Source of the DNA: an uncultured Pseudomonadota bacterium
GTDB lineage: Bacteria; Myxococcota_A; Polyangia; Fen-1088
DNA length: 64,000 bases
Direction of reading: 5' to 3'
NCBI GenBank assembly: GCA_963729535.1
Contig: CAVSOL010000017.1
Span: 233,456-297,455, forward strand
Below, one piece after another: positions 11,728 to 22,278 of this stretch. The stretch's first letter is position 1. Each line of letters starts with the position of its first letter. Position numbers and translations under genes: made by a program. The notes under the pieces are model-generated. The model was given only the letters and a program-made list of their open reading frames with translations. It had not been told where the DNA came from and did not search any database.

Positions 11728-12732
11728 CCAGGCGACGGTCGCCTCTTCCGCCCAGTAGTGCGGCCGCCACGGCCATGGACCGGACACGAAGCCGGTGTGC
11801 CCGCCCCACTTGGTCACCTCGAAGCGCAGCTGCGGGTTCGACGCCGCGACCGTGGCGGCGTGCGCCGCCGCTTCCGGGGGAAAGAACGGGTCATCCACGG
11901 CGTTGAGGCAATACGTCGGGACCGCGACGCGGGGCAGGAAGGCGACCGCGCTGGACGCGGCGTAGTAGGCGTCGGCGCCGGCGAAGCCGTGCAGCGGCGC
12001 GGTGAGCGCGTCGTCGAACTCGAAGAACGTCTGCGCCGTACGCACGCGCGCGGCGTCGAGGTGCGCGGTCTCGCGCGGGAACCGCGCGATCAGGTCCGCG
12101 GCCTTCGCCTTCAGCCGGCGCATGAAGTGGGACGTGTAGATGCGGCCAACCCGCCGCTCGAGGTAGCGCGACGCCGCCGCCAGGTCGTACGGGACCGACA
12201 GCGTGGCCGCCGCGCGGATGGCGCTGGCGGCGCCGGCCTCGCCCAGCCACTTGAGCAGCACGTTGCCACCCAGCGAGAAGCCGATCGCGTAAAGCGGCAC
12301 GTTGGGCTCGCGCGCCATCAGCGTGCGCACCACCAGATCCAGATCCGTGGTCTCGCCCGAATGATAGAGGCGCGGGCGCCGGTTGGACAGGCGGCGCTTG
12401 ATGTTCGACGGATCGCGCGCGCACGACCGGAAGTTGAGCACGGTGGCGCGCCAGCCGGCGCGCGCGACCACCACGGCCAGCCCCTGCGTGTGCAGCGAGT
12501 GCGCGCTCCCCTCCAGGCCGTGCAGCAGCAGCACGCGCGGCGACCCTGGCGGTCCGTCGGTGTGGTCTAGCATCAGGTCATCGTCGTCGGGGGTGGTCAG
12601 CACCTCGCGCGAAAACCGGATCAGCCGCCGCGAGCGCGCGAGGCGCGCCCACACCGTCTGCAGGTGGGCGCCCGGCAGCCACCACGCGGGCCCGATTGCG
12701 CTGGCTTGATCCCCTGTTCGATGTCCGGTCAA
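11710..12732 (-). CDS. Alpha/beta hydrolase, YheT-like
   Basis: 340-aa ORF with LLLHGLEGS, the nucleophile elbow GFSLGGN and a family-like N-terminus WWLPGAHLQTVW. Confidence 0.85.
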   Translation of the reverse strand: MTGHRTGDQASAIGPAWWLPGAHLQTVWARLARSRRLIRFSREVLTTPDDDDLMLDHTDGPPGSPRVLLLHGLEGSAHSLHTQGLAVVVARAGWRATVLNFRSCARDPSNIKRRLSNRRPRLYHSGETTDLDLVVRTLMAREPNVPLYAIGFSLGGNVLLKWLGEAGAASAIRAAATLSVPYDLAAASRYLERRVGRIYTSHFMRRLKAKAADLIARFPRETAHLDAARVRTAQTFFEFDDALTAPLHGFAGADAYYAASSAVAFLPRVAVPTYCLNAVDDPFFPPEAAAHAATVAASNPQLRFEVTKWGGHTGFVSGPWPWRPHYWAEEATVAWLGQRG

Positions 12733-12744
12733 TATGGCCTGACT

Positions 12745-13353
12745 ATGTCTAGCACCGCTTCCGCGCTGCCGATCCTACAGTTCTGGTTCGGCGATCTGGA
12801 TGAGCTCGGGCGGTCTGATGCGCTGCACTCGCGGCGCTGGTTCATGAAGGACGACGCGTTCGATCGCGAGATCACCGACAAGTTCGCGGACACCTTCGCC
12901 GACATCCGCGCCGGTCACCGCGAGCAATGGCTCGACAACCCGCAAGGCCGGCTGGCGTACGTGATCGTGCTGGATCAGTTCGCGCGCAACATGTTCCGCG
13001 GCACGCCGCGGATGTTCGAAGGCGACAAGCAGGCGGAGGCCGCGGCGGTCGAGGGCGTCGCGCGCGGCGACGACGCGGCCCTGGGCGTCAACGAGCGCTG
13101 GTTCCTGTACATGCCGTTCATGCACGCCGAAGATCCGGCGCTGCAAGACCGGTCCGTCGCGCTGTTCAGCGCGCTCGCGGCGGCGGCGCCGCCCGAGCTA
13201 CGCGCCAGCCTGGCCCCCGGGGTCAAATACGCGGAACAGCACCGCGACATCGTCGCGCGTTTCGGCCGCTTCCCGCACCGCAACGCCGTGCTCGGCCGCC
13301 AGAGCACGGCCGAGGAGATCGAATTTCTCAAGCAGCCCGGGAGCGCTTTTTAG
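12745..13353 (+). CDS. DUF924-family protein
   Basis: ILQFWFGD.., RLAYVIVLDQFARNMFRG and AEQHRDIVARFGRFPHRNAVLGRQST match the DUF924 pattern. Confidence 0.8.
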   Translation: MSSTASALPILQFWFGDLDELGRSDALHSRRWFMKDDAFDREITDKFADTFADIRAGHREQWLDNPQGRLAYVIVLDQFARNMFRGTPRMFEGDKQAEAAAVEGVARGDDAALGVNERWFLYMPFMHAEDPALQDRSVALFSALAAAAPPELRASLAPGVKYAEQHRDIVARFGRFPHRNAVLGRQSTAEEIEFLKQPGSAF

Positions 13354-13708
13354 GCGTCCGCGGTTGCGGCGGCTTGCGCGGCTTCTTCTTCACGGTGGCG
13401 ACGAACGCCGTGCTCCAGTCGATCCACGCGGACAGCGCGCGGGCGTTGGCGTATCCGGCGGGCGCGACGTAGACGTAGCCACGCATCGGCCGTCCCGTGA
13501 AGTCCATGGGCCGCACGTGCGGGCGGGCGAGCGCCTCGTCATGGCGGTCGGGTCCGACGCGGACCATGAGCTGGTTCTTCGCGAGGCCGATGAACATCTT
13601 GCCGTCGAGCAGGAAGGCGATGCCGCCGAACATCTCCTTCTCGGTCACGCCCTTGCGGCCTGCCGCGATGGCGCGAATTCGCTCGGCGAGCCTGCTGTCG
13701 TATGCCAT
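13328..13708 (-). CDS. TfoX N-terminal-domain protein
   Basis: MAYDSRLAERIR..TEKEMFGGIAFLLDGKMFIGL..LMVRV, followed by a basic tail KKKPRKPPQPRTPKKRS. Confidence 0.75.
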   Translation of the reverse strand: MAYDSRLAERIRAIAAGRKGVTEKEMFGGIAFLLDGKMFIGLAKNQLMVRVGPDRHDEALARPHVRPMDFTGRPMRGYVYVAPAGYANARALSAWIDWSTAFVATVKKKPRKPPQPRTPKKRSRAA

Positions 13709-13737
13709 GGCGGGCGCGATTGTACGATGATGGCGCG

Positions 13738-15070
13738 ATGACGGCGCGCTCACTCGGGACCACACACGCCGCCGCCGTCGTCGTCGGCAGCATGATCGGC
13801 ACCGGCGTCTTCACGACGACGGGGATGCTGCTGCCCGAGCTGGGATCGCCGGTGCTGGTGGTGATCGTGTGGGCGGTGGCGGGCCTGCTCGCGCTGTGCG
13901 GCGCCGCGGTCTACGCCGAGCTGGGCGTCATGATGCCGCGGGTCGGCGGCGAATACGTTTACCTGACGCGCGCCTACGGTCCGGCGATGGGGTTCCTGTC
14001 GGGGTGGGTGGCGCTCATCGTCGGCTTCGCCGCGCCGACGGCCGCCGGCGCGATCGGCTTCGCGACCTACGTGCACGCCGTCGCGCCCGCGCTACCCGAG
14101 AAGCCGATGGCCGTCGGCCTGGTCATCCTGCTCACGGCTGTCCACATGGCGTCCGTTCGCTTTCGGCGCGCGCCTGCAGTCGGCGCTGTCGGCGGCTGTC
14201 GTCGTGTTCATCGTGCTGTTCATCGCCGCGGCGTTCACCGTCGGCCACGGCGACTGGGGTCACCTGACGACCGCCGCCGCCACGGTACGCGGGCTCGGCG
14301 GCGGCGCCGGCGGCGTCGTGCTCGCGGCCGGGGTGGCCGTCAGCCTCGTGCAGGTGTCGTACGCGTATTCGGGATGGAACGGCGCCGCCTACATCGCCGG
14401 CGAGGTTCGCGACCCCGCGCGCGCCTTGCCACGCGCCGTGCTGCTGTCGACCGGGCTGGTGACCGCGCTCTACGTCGCCCTCAACCTGGTGTTTCTGTAC
14501 GCGTCGCCCCCCGGCGACCTCACCGGGCGTCGCGACATCGCGCACGTGGCGGCGGTGGCGCTGTTCGGCGAGCGCAGCGCGACGTTGCTGTCATCGCTGG
14601 TCGCGCTGACGTCGGCCGGCTTCGTCAGCGCCATGTTGATGTCGGGCCCGCGCGTGTCCGTGGCGATGGCTCAGGACGGTGTGTTCTTCCGCGCGCTCGG
14701 GCGGACGAACGCGCGCGGCGCGCCGACGCTGGCGGTGGGGCTGCAGGGCGCGATGGCCATCATCGCGGTGTTGACCGCGACGTTCGACAGCATCCTCGTC
14801 TATGTCGGCTTCGCGCTGACCCTCAACGCCGCCGCCGCCGTCGCCGGGGCCTTCGTGCTGCGCCGCCGCGAGCCTGCCGCCGATCGTCCGTACCGCACGC
14901 CGCTGTGGCCGCTGCCCGGCGTGTTGTTCCTGGTGCTGGCGGCGTTCATGACCGTGTTCGCGGTCCGCGAGCGCCCGAAGGAGACGGGCGCGGCGGGGGC
15001 GACGCTGGTCGCCGGCGGTCTCGCCTACGATCTGTGGCGCCGCCGCGGCCGCCGTCCCCGTCAACCGTAA
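13738..15070 (+). CDS. APC-family amino acid permease. One frame change at the TTT run 14161-14163.
   Basis: VVVGSMIGTGVFTTTG, GEYVYLTRAYGP and SYAYSGWNGAAYIAGEVRDP, with about 12 hydrophobic segments. The two ORFs 13702..15585 and 14204..15070 join as ..VHMASVRFGARLQSAL.. Confidence 0.9.
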
Positions 15071-15552
15071 GGGGTGCCGTCCTTGTGGAGGCAGACCCAC
15101 GAGCCGTCAGCGGCGGGGGTCAGCTTGAGGTCGTCGTCCGGGTAGTCGGCGTCGTCGCCCGCCGTCCGGTCGCCGATCTCGAGCAGCACGACGTCCGCGT
15201 CCGTCTGGTTGATCAGGTGGTGGGCGTCGCCCGTGCCGGCCTTGAAGCCGACACACATTCCCGGCGACAGCTCGCGCGGGCCGTGCGATGTCACCAGCGT
15301 GGGACGGCCTTCGAGCACGTAGACGAACTCGTCCTGGCGCGTATGCGCATGGCGAAGCGCCGTCATCGATCCCGGCGCCAGCAGGGTGTGGTTGACGCCG
15401 AAGTTGGTCAGCCCGAAGGGGTCGCCCAGCGGACGCTTCAGCCGCCCCACCACCCGCACCGCGAGCTCGGCCGGGTAGATGCTCTTCCGGGCGCGCGGCG
15501 TCGCCTCGGCGGCGACCAGCGGCTCGATCGGCTTGAAATCGGTGTTTGCCAT
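15061..15552 (-). CDS. Cupin-domain protein
   Basis: This is the C-terminal part of ORF 15061..17283, starting at MANTDFKPIE. Cupin motif: LRHAHTRQDEFVYVLEGRP..GDAHHLIN. Confidence 0.8.
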   Translation of the reverse strand: MANTDFKPIEPLVAAEATPRARKSIYPAELAVRVVGRLKRPLGDPFGLTNFGVNHTLLAPGSMTALRHAHTRQDEFVYVLEGRPTLVTSHGPRELSPGMCVGFKAGTGDAHHLINQTDADVVLLEIGDRTAGDDADYPDDDLKLTPAADGSWVCLHKDGTPYG

Positions 15553-15600
15553 ACGCCGACGATGGCACGCACGCCGAAGTCGTGACAATGATTCGCGGCC

Positions 15601-16809
15601 ATGAACCGCGGCGCAGACGATCGACCCGCGCCGCTCGCCGCGGTCCTGGCGGTCACCTTCACGGGCTCGCTCAGCGGCGGCGTGTTCTGGGCGGCGATCT
15701 TCTTCCTGACCGCCAACCACTACGGGTTCTCCCCGGAGCGCAACCTCGTGCTGGCCGCGGCGATGGGGGCGGTCTACGCGATCGGCGCCGCCACCGCGGG
15801 CCGGCTGGTGCGCAAGCTCGCGGCGTCGTCGCCGCGGGCCCTGCTGATGGCCGGCCTCGCCTGCTGGACGATCGCCGCGCTCGCGCCGCTGCTCGCCCCG
15901 CACACCGAGGCGGTCATGTGGGGCGGCGCGCTGCTGGGCGCCGCGGCGTCGGCTGTCACGTGGCCGATCGTCGAGAGCTACCTCGGCGCCGGCCGCCACG
16001 GCGCGGGGATGCGGGCCGCGATCGGCTGGTTCAACGTGACGTGGACGCCGGCCACCGCGCTGGCGTTGTTGCTGATGCCGGTCGTCGGCCACTTCAACCC
16101 GCTCGGCACGCTGGTGCTGTCGGCCGCGGCGAGCACGGCGGCGCTGGTGGCGGCGTTCGCGTTGCCCGTCCGCCCCGGCGCGCACGAGGCAGAGGTTGCT
16201 GACGCCGCCGTCGGTCGCGAGTATCGACAGCTGCTTCGTTCGGTGTCGTGGCTGTTGCCGACGAGCTACGTGTTGTGCTCGGTCATGGGCCCGCTGCTTC
16301 CCCATCGCCTGGCCGAGGTCGGGGGCAGCACCAGCGGAGGCTTCGTCCCAGCGTTGTGGATGATCGCGCGCTGCTTCACGCTGATCGTCATGTGGCGCAC
16401 GGGCTTCTGGCATGGCCGCTGGGGAACGCTGGTGCTGGCGGCGTGCGCGCTGACCGCTGGTCTGGCGACGATCCTGCTGGCGCCCACGGTCACGGTGCTG
16501 GCGGCGGGGCTGGTGGTGTTCGGCGTCGGGATGGGCCTGACCTACTACGCGGCCCTCTATTACGCGCTCGCCGTCGGCCGCGCCGAGGTCGACGCGGGCG
16601 GCACGTTCGAAGCGCTGATCGGCGTCGGCTACTTCGTGGGACCGCTGCTCGGCGTCGCCGCCGTTGCCGTGGTGCCCGCGCACCCCGGTCCCGCGACTGT
16701 CACGCTGGTCTGGCTGGCGGCCGCCGCCGGCTCTGCCGGCGGGTTTCGCCCCTACCTGGCGGCGCGCCGCGCGCGCATCAGCGCCGCGATGTCGCGCAAG
16801 CCGAGCTGA
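15601..16809 (+). CDS. MFS-type transporter
   Basis: 402-aa ORF with about 12 hydrophobic helices and a basic loop in the middle. Confidence 0.75.
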   Translation: MNRGADDRPAPLAAVLAVTFTGSLSGGVFWAAIFFLTANHYGFSPERNLVLAAAMGAVYAIGAATAGRLVRKLAASSPRALLMAGLACWTIAALAPLLAPHTEAVMWGGALLGAAASAVTWPIVESYLGAGRHGAGMRAAIGWFNVTWTPATALALLLMPVVGHFNPLGTLVLSAAASTAALVAAFALPVRPGAHEAEVADAAVGREYRQLLRSVSWLLPTSYVLCSVMGPLLPHRLAEVGGSTSGGFVPALWMIARCFTLIVMWRTGFWHGRWGTLVLAACALTAGLATILLAPTVTVLAAGLVVFGVGMGLTYYAALYYALAVGRAEVDAGGTFEALIGVGYFVGPLLGVAAVAVVPAHPGPATVTLVWLAAAAGSAGGFRPYLAARRARISAAMSRKPS

Positions 16810-17207
16810 CTGCCCGCGACCGTCAGCGGCGCCAGCGTGCGCTCGAGGAAGCGCGCGCGCTCGCTGTCGTCCAGGTCGGCGAACAGGATCGCGGGCAGCG
16901 CCACGCCCGTCGCCCGTAGCTGGCGCAGGATCAGGATGCCCTGGGTCTCGGCCAGCCGCCGCCGCGTGCCGTCGTCGGGCGCGCTGGCGAGGGCGCCGCG
17001 CTCGTCGATCAGGCGGTCGGCGGGCGTGCGGCGAAAGTCGAGGTCCATGAGCAGCCCCGCGGCGCCGTCGAGGACATCGCAGGCCTGGGCGTAGTCGTGC
17101 GCGGCGACGAAATCGAACTCCTCGCCCAGGAAGCGGCGAAAACGATCGAGGTACTCGTTGCCGTCCTCGCAGACGATGAAGCGGAGCTTGCTCACAGCGG
17201 AAAACAT
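16752..17207 (-). CDS. Stand-alone atypical receiver-like protein
   Basis: MFSAVSKLRFIVCEDG..LLMDLDF..QGILILRQLRATGVALPAILFADLDD. It is a paralogue of the N-terminal domain of the activator at 20225..21952. Its start overlaps the kinase stop by 16 nt. Confidence 0.6.
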   Translation of the reverse strand: MFSAVSKLRFIVCEDGNEYLDRFRRFLGEEFDFVAAHDYAQACDVLDGAAGLLMDLDFRRTPADRLIDERGALASAPDDGTRRRLAETQGILILRQLRATGVALPAILFADLDDSERARFLERTLAPLTVAGSQLGLRDIAALMRARRAAR

Positions 17208-20200
17208 GCCCCCACGACCTTGGTGAACGGACGCGCTTCGGGGCGCACGACCATGTGACCGCGCCACTCGCGCACGAGGTCACGCACGATCGCCAGCCCG
17301 CGGCCGCTCTCGCGCGCCTCGATAGTCTCCAGCGTCAGCGGCTTCGTCGCGGAGTCGCCGAGCGACAGGCTGACCTCCTGGCGCCCGGTGACGTCGCGCG
17401 CGCGGTCGACGCGCACGACGACGCGGCCGTCGGGCTGGCCGACCACCGCGGCCTGCGCGTTGCGCAGCAGGTTGGCGAAGATCGCGGCCAGCGCGTCGTG
17501 CTCGACGGGGAAATCGATGTCGAGCTCGGTCAGCGACAGCGCCGGCGCCGTCCACCCGCCGCCGGCGCTGCGCGCCGACGCCTCGACGGACGCGATCCAC
17601 GACGACAGCGTCGCGGCGTCCAGGCGCGTGCGCGGCCCGAGCTGCAGCAACCCGACCAGCGCCTCCTGGTGTGGCCCGCGCAGGCGCGCGTCGATCTCCG
17701 AGAACTCGGCGTGCGAGCGCCCCGATCCGAGCAACGCCTCCGCGCGCGCGAGGTCGCTGTGTATCGCGCCGAGCACCGGCTCGCGCGCGAGGGCGCGCAG
17801 CGTGATGCCGTGCCCCGTCGCCTCCTGCGCCAGCCGGTCGTACACGGTCGCGACCACCACCGACGTCGGGCGCGGCTGGGTCATGGCGGCCACGACCTCT
17901 TCGCGCGGCGCATCGGGTTCCGCGAGCAGCGCGAGCAGCCCGGCGCGGTGCTTGAGCACGTCGTGGCGCAGCTCGCCGACCGCGCGCGCGACGTCGGGAA
18001 ACAGCGCCGGCCGCCGCCGCAGCGCGCGCGCCAGCGTGTGGCCGCGCCAGCGCCGGCGCGCGAGCAGACCCAGCACCATCACAACCGCCGCGATGGCGGC
18101 GGCACCGGCGCCGCGCTGGCGATCGCGGCGCGCGTTCGCGTCGGCGCGCAGCGTGTCCTTCATCCGCTTCTTGCCCGCGCGCGCATCGTCGACCCAGCGA
18201 TCGCCGTCGGACGCGTTGCCGGCCGCCAGCTCCAGCGCGCGCTCGGTCCGCGCGAGCGCGCCCGCGCGATCGCCCTCTGCCTCGGCCAGCCGGGCCAGCG
18301 CCCACTCGGCCGCGCCGATCTTCGCCGCCGCCGCCGCCGCGAGCACGCGCCGGTTCGCTTGCTTGAGCTCCGCGTCGGGCAGCCGCGCGTCCAGGTTCGC
18401 CGCCCGGACCAGCCCGGCGCCGCCCGAGATGCCGCCCGCCTCGGCGGCCAGCTCGTAGCAGGTGCGCGCCAGCGCAAGGCGCTCGGCGTAATCGTGGACG
18501 AGGCCGAGCGCGATCAGCCGATCGCCGGGCGTGTTGCGCGTGCAGCCGCCGCCCAGCGCGCGCAGCGCGGCGTCGGGCTTGTCTTCCAGCAGGCGGATGC
18601 GCGCCAGCAGCAGCGGCGACGATTGCGCGTCGCCGCGCACCCCCGCGGGATCCTCCAGCTCGGCGCGCAGCGCTCGCGCCTCGGCCAGGTGCTCGGGGTT
18701 GGGCTCGCGCGCGACGTACGCGACGAGGTCGTCGCGCGCGCCGGCGCGATCGCCGGTCGCGGCGCGCGCGATGGCGCGGGCGAAGCGCGCCTCCTGGACG
18801 TCGAGCGCGATGGCCCGGTCCATCAGCGGGCGCACGAGCGCTTCGACGTCGTCGGCGCGCGCCACCTTGGTGCCGGACGGCCGGCCCGTCTGGCCCAGCT
18901 TGCGGACGCCGGACGCCAGCGCCCACAGCCCGGGACCGTCGTCCTTCAACGCTTCGAGGGTCGCGGGCGGCAACCTCCCGGTCAGCGCGAACGACGTCAC
19001 CGCCGCCGCGACGAAGCCGGGCGAGTCGGCGAGCGCCTGGTCGAGCAGCTCGCGCCCGAGCCCCACGGGATCGCCGACGTGAATCCACTCCTCCGCCTTC
19101 TGGTAGAAGCCGCGCGCCATGTCCGACGGCACCGTCGCCTTGCCCGGCGTCGCGGGCGGTTTGCCAGCGCTGCGCCGCTTGACCAGCTTGTCGCGCATGT
19201 CGCGCAGGTCCGCCCAGCCCGGCTCCAGCGTCAGCGCGTTGCGCAGCGCCTCGTCCGCGCGCTCGGCCTCCAGCGCGCCGCCGTGGGTCGCCAGGATCTT
19301 GCCCAGCGTGCGCCACGCGACCGCGTCGGACGGCGCGAGGTTGACCGCGATCTCCAGATCGCGCGCCGCTTCGTCCACGCGTCCGATCATCTCCAGCGCC
19401 CGCGCGCGCAGCACCAGCGCGCGCGACCAGGTCGGGTAGCGCTGCACCAGCTCCTCGGCGATGGCGCGCGCGTCGTCGGCGCGCCCGGTGTTGAGGTGGC
19501 GGTTCGCCAGGTCGGCCTGGGCCGCGTCGTTGCGCGCGATGTCGGGCCGCGGCCAGTCCTCGAGCGCGTGCGCGCGATCGTCGAGCGCGATGGCATCCAG
19601 CAGATCCAGCGCGCGCTTGCGCTGCGCGCGCGTCAGCGGCGGATCGGCGTCCGTCGCCAGCAGCGGCCGCAGCCGCTTGCGCGCCGCGGCCGTCCGGCCG
19701 ACCACGCGCTCGAAGTTGGCCAGCCCCAGCGTGACGTTGAACGTCCCCTTGGCGTCGTCCTTCAGGGTGTCGAGACCCTTCTCCAGGAACGCGACGATGG
19801 CGTCCCGCCGCTCCCAGCGTTTCGGATCGTCGGCGTAGATCTCGGCCAGGTTGACCCACGCGTAGATTCGGCGCGGCTCCTTGTCGATGGCTCCGCGCAG
19901 CGCCGCCTCGGCCTCGGCGCGGCGCCCGAGCTTGCCGAGCGCGAAGCCGTAGTCGGTCGCGTAGGCCGCGTTGCCCGGCTCGTTGTCGACCGCCGACGCG
20001 AACAGGTCCGCCGCCGCCTGCACGTCGCCCGCCTTCAACTGGGTCATGCCCTCGGTGTGTGCGACCCGCGCGGTGGCGCGCGCCGACGGCCCTCCTGTCG
20101 TCGTGTGGCCCGCGGCGGCGCCGCCGTCGCCAGCAGACGCCGCGCGCGCACCCGCGTCACATGGGCGCGCCGCCGTCCACCGCCGTCAGCAGCGCCAGCG

Positions 20201-20228
20201 CCAGCGCCGGTGCGCCGAGCAGGCTCAC
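17192..20228 (-). CDS. Sensor histidine kinase with a large periplasmic TPR domain. The probable start is GTG at 20228, with one frame change near 20160; ATG at 20047 is the conservative alternative.
   Basis: TPR repeats fill the first ~640 aa, followed by the TM helix AAIAAVVMVLGLLA. The H-box-like segment is VGELRHDVLKHRAG. HATPase_c segment: IFANLLRNAQAA..SLGDS..GRGLAIVRDLV. GTG at 20228 overlaps the activator stop (GTGA) and encodes a signal-like VSLLGAPALALALLTAV. Confidence 0.85.
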
Positions 20229-21952
20229 GCGCTCTTCCTCATGTCGCGCAGGCGCATGCCGAGCTGGTTCAGGCGCAGGTGGACCTGGCGCGCGGAGCCG
20301 CGTGGTCCCAGCAGCTCCTGCGCCATGCGCCCCAGATCGCCGCCGCACGCGTCGAACAGCGCGCGCAGGTACTGGCGCTCGACGTCGGCGGACACGCGCG
20401 CGAAGCTCGACTCGGGCTGCAGCTCCACCTCGATGCGGCGCGCGCCGGACTTGCCCAGCGCCACCGGCTTGGGGGCGGGGCGCCTGGTCGTCACGGCGCC
20501 GAGCAGCTGCGTCACCAGCGGATCGGGGACTTCGAGCACGGCGGGAGCGCGCGGGCTGCCGCCGGTGGTGGTCGTGTCGGCGACGTCCAGGTGCCGGGAC
20601 AGGCAGAACACCAGCGCGTTCGCCGCCAGCAGCTTCAGCTCGCGGTGGTTGCCCGGCCAGTCGTGCTCGGCGAGCCGCGCCAGCGACTCGCGGCTGACGA
20701 ACACCGAAAACGCGTCGCGCCGCGCCGCCTGCGCGCGCGGCCGGCTGAACACGACCTCGTTGGCGTTCTCGTCGAAGTCGTCCGGCGTCGGGAACTGGGC
20801 CAGGTACGCGCGCACCAGCGGCCGCAGCGACTCGGAGCGCAGCGCCTCCAGGAACGCGAAGCGGACCAGGTCCGGCAGATCCTCGCGGCGCTCGCGCAGC
20901 GGCGGCACGCGCAGCCGCGTCGCCGGGTTGAGCCGCATGTAGAGGTCGGCGCGGAACTTCCCCGCCTGCACCAGGCCCTCGACGTCTTCGTTGGTCGCCG
21001 CGACCAGCTTCGGCGTCGCCGGCCGCGCCTTCGTGTCGCCCAGGCGCGTGACCACGCCGCGCTCCAGCACCAGCAACAGCTGCCGCTGCAGCTCGAGGTC
21101 CAGGTTGGCGATCTCGTCGAGGAACAGCGTGCCGCCGTGCGCCTGCTCGAACACGCCCGCGTGATCCTCGACGGCGCCGGTGTACGCGCCGCGCCGCGCG
21201 CCGAACAGGTGCGCCGCCAGCAGCGGGGCAGGGACCGTCGACAGATCGGTGACGACCAGCGGCCCCTTGGCGCCCGAGCGCGGATGGATCACCTGCTCGG
21301 CGAGGAAGCTCTTGCCGGTGCCGGTCTCGCCTTCGATGAGCAGCGGCAGCGGCGACCGGGCCAGCGCGTCGAGCTGCCGGCGCAGCTCCGCCATCGCCGG
21401 CGCGCGACCCCAGAAGATGCCGCCTTCCTGACCGGTGTGGTGCAGCGCCAGCGCGCGCGAGATCTCGGAGGCGAGGCTGCGGCTGTCGACCACGTCGTTC
21501 TGGCACAGGTAGACCAGCGGATCGGTGGGCCGCGCGGCGCCGAGGTCGGAGCCGGTGGTCGTCAGCATGACGACGGGCAGCGTCGGGTAGGTCGCGCGCA
21601 GCCGCTCCAGGATCAGCAGACCCTGCTTGCGCCGGATGTCGTCCAGCGCCGCGCGCCGCGGCTTCGCTTCTTGCGGCAGCTGCGACTTGTCCTCCGGCAG
21701 CAGCCGCTCCTCGGGCAGCGCGAAGTGCAGATCCAGCACCACCAGGTCGGGCAGCGCGCCCGCGCCCGCGAGCGCCTCCTCCGCTTCACGGTAGTCGTGG
21801 GCGCAGCGCAGCGGGCAGCCGCGCTCGCGCTCCTCGCACACCTGGCAGGGGATGCGGCGATCGCATCGCGTCACGGTTTCGAATTCGGGCAACTGACGAT
21901 GGACCATCTCCACCGTCTGGTCGCGATCATCGATGACCAGGAGTCTAGGCAC
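20225..21952 (-). CDS. Sigma-54-dependent activator with an atypical Cys-rich receiver domain
   Basis: Receiver segment: RLLVIDD..PDLVVLDLHF. AAA+ motifs: GETGTGKS, RGAYTGA, LFLDEIANL, WPGNHRELK. C-terminal HTH: GGDLGRMAQELLG..HLRLNQLGM. The receiver domain carries five Cys (C30, C36, C39, C46, C50). Confidence 0.9.
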   Translation of the reverse strand: MPRLLVIDDRDQTVEMVHRQLPEFETVTRCDRRIPCQVCEERERGCPLRCAHDYREAEEALAGAGALPDLVVLDLHFALPEERLLPEDKSQLPQEAKPRRAALDDIRRKQGLLILERLRATYPTLPVVMLTTTGSDLGAARPTDPLVYLCQNDVVDSRSLASEISRALALHHTGQEGGIFWGRAPAMAELRRQLDALARSPLPLLIEGETGTGKSFLAEQVIHPRSGAKGPLVVTDLSTVPAPLLAAHLFGARRGAYTGAVEDHAGVFEQAHGGTLFLDEIANLDLELQRQLLLVLERGVVTRLGDTKARPATPKLVAATNEDVEGLVQAGKFRADLYMRLNPATRLRVPPLRERREDLPDLVRFAFLEALRSESLRPLVRAYLAQFPTPDDFDENANEVVFSRPRAQAARRDAFSVFVSRESLARLAEHDWPGNHRELKLLAANALVFCLSRHLDVADTTTTGGSPRAPAVLEVPDPLVTQLLGAVTTRRPAPKPVALGKSGARRIEVELQPESSFARVSADVERQYLRALFDACGGDLGRMAQELLGPRGSARQVHLRLNQLGMRLRDMRKSA

Positions 21953-22278
21953 TACGACCTGCCATCCAAAGATCGGGCCAGCCGCTCGAAGGCCGCCTCC
22001 AGCTCCATGACGCCGGCGACGTCGTCAGCCGCGGCGGCGGCGACGGCGCGCGCGAGCGCGGCGGCGAACGCTTCCAGGTCGGCGCCGGGCGGCGCATCCG
22101 CGGCGAGCTCCGCCCAAACATCCTGCGGGGTTGCGGCCTGCCCTTCATTGTCGATCAGCCGAGGCGTCAGCTCACCTGGCACCGGCGCGCCGCCCGCGTC
22201 GCGCCGATCGCGCGCCGGCCAGACCAGCCGTTTGACCAGGTCGTGACGGACGCGCGAGAGCCAGGCAGCCGGTTGCAT
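21952..22278 (-). CDS. Hypothetical protein (108 aa), first gene of the signalling operon
   Basis: Its stop shares 1 nt with the activator GTG. No family recognised. Confidence 0.45.
   Translation of the reverse strand: MQPAAWLSRVRHDLVKRLVWPARDRRDAGGAPVPGELTPRLIDNEGQAATPQDVWAELAADAPPGADLEAFAAALARAVAAAAADDVAGVMELEAAFERLARSLDGRS

Noticed and set aside
15553-17283. The upstream 575 codons of the 740-aa ORF 15061..17283
   Set aside because: Only the last 164 codons (from MANTDFKPIE) form a cupin protein. The upstream part is antisense to the MFS transporter and the receiver-like gene and looks like shadow sequence.
17255-22246. A 1663-aa ORF on the plus strand, the longest ORF in the track
   Set aside because: It lies antisense to the histidine kinase and the sigma-54 activator, both of which have clear motifs. 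Its translation is an Arg/Ala/Gly/Pro-rich string without motifs. This is a typical shadow ORF of a high-GC genome.
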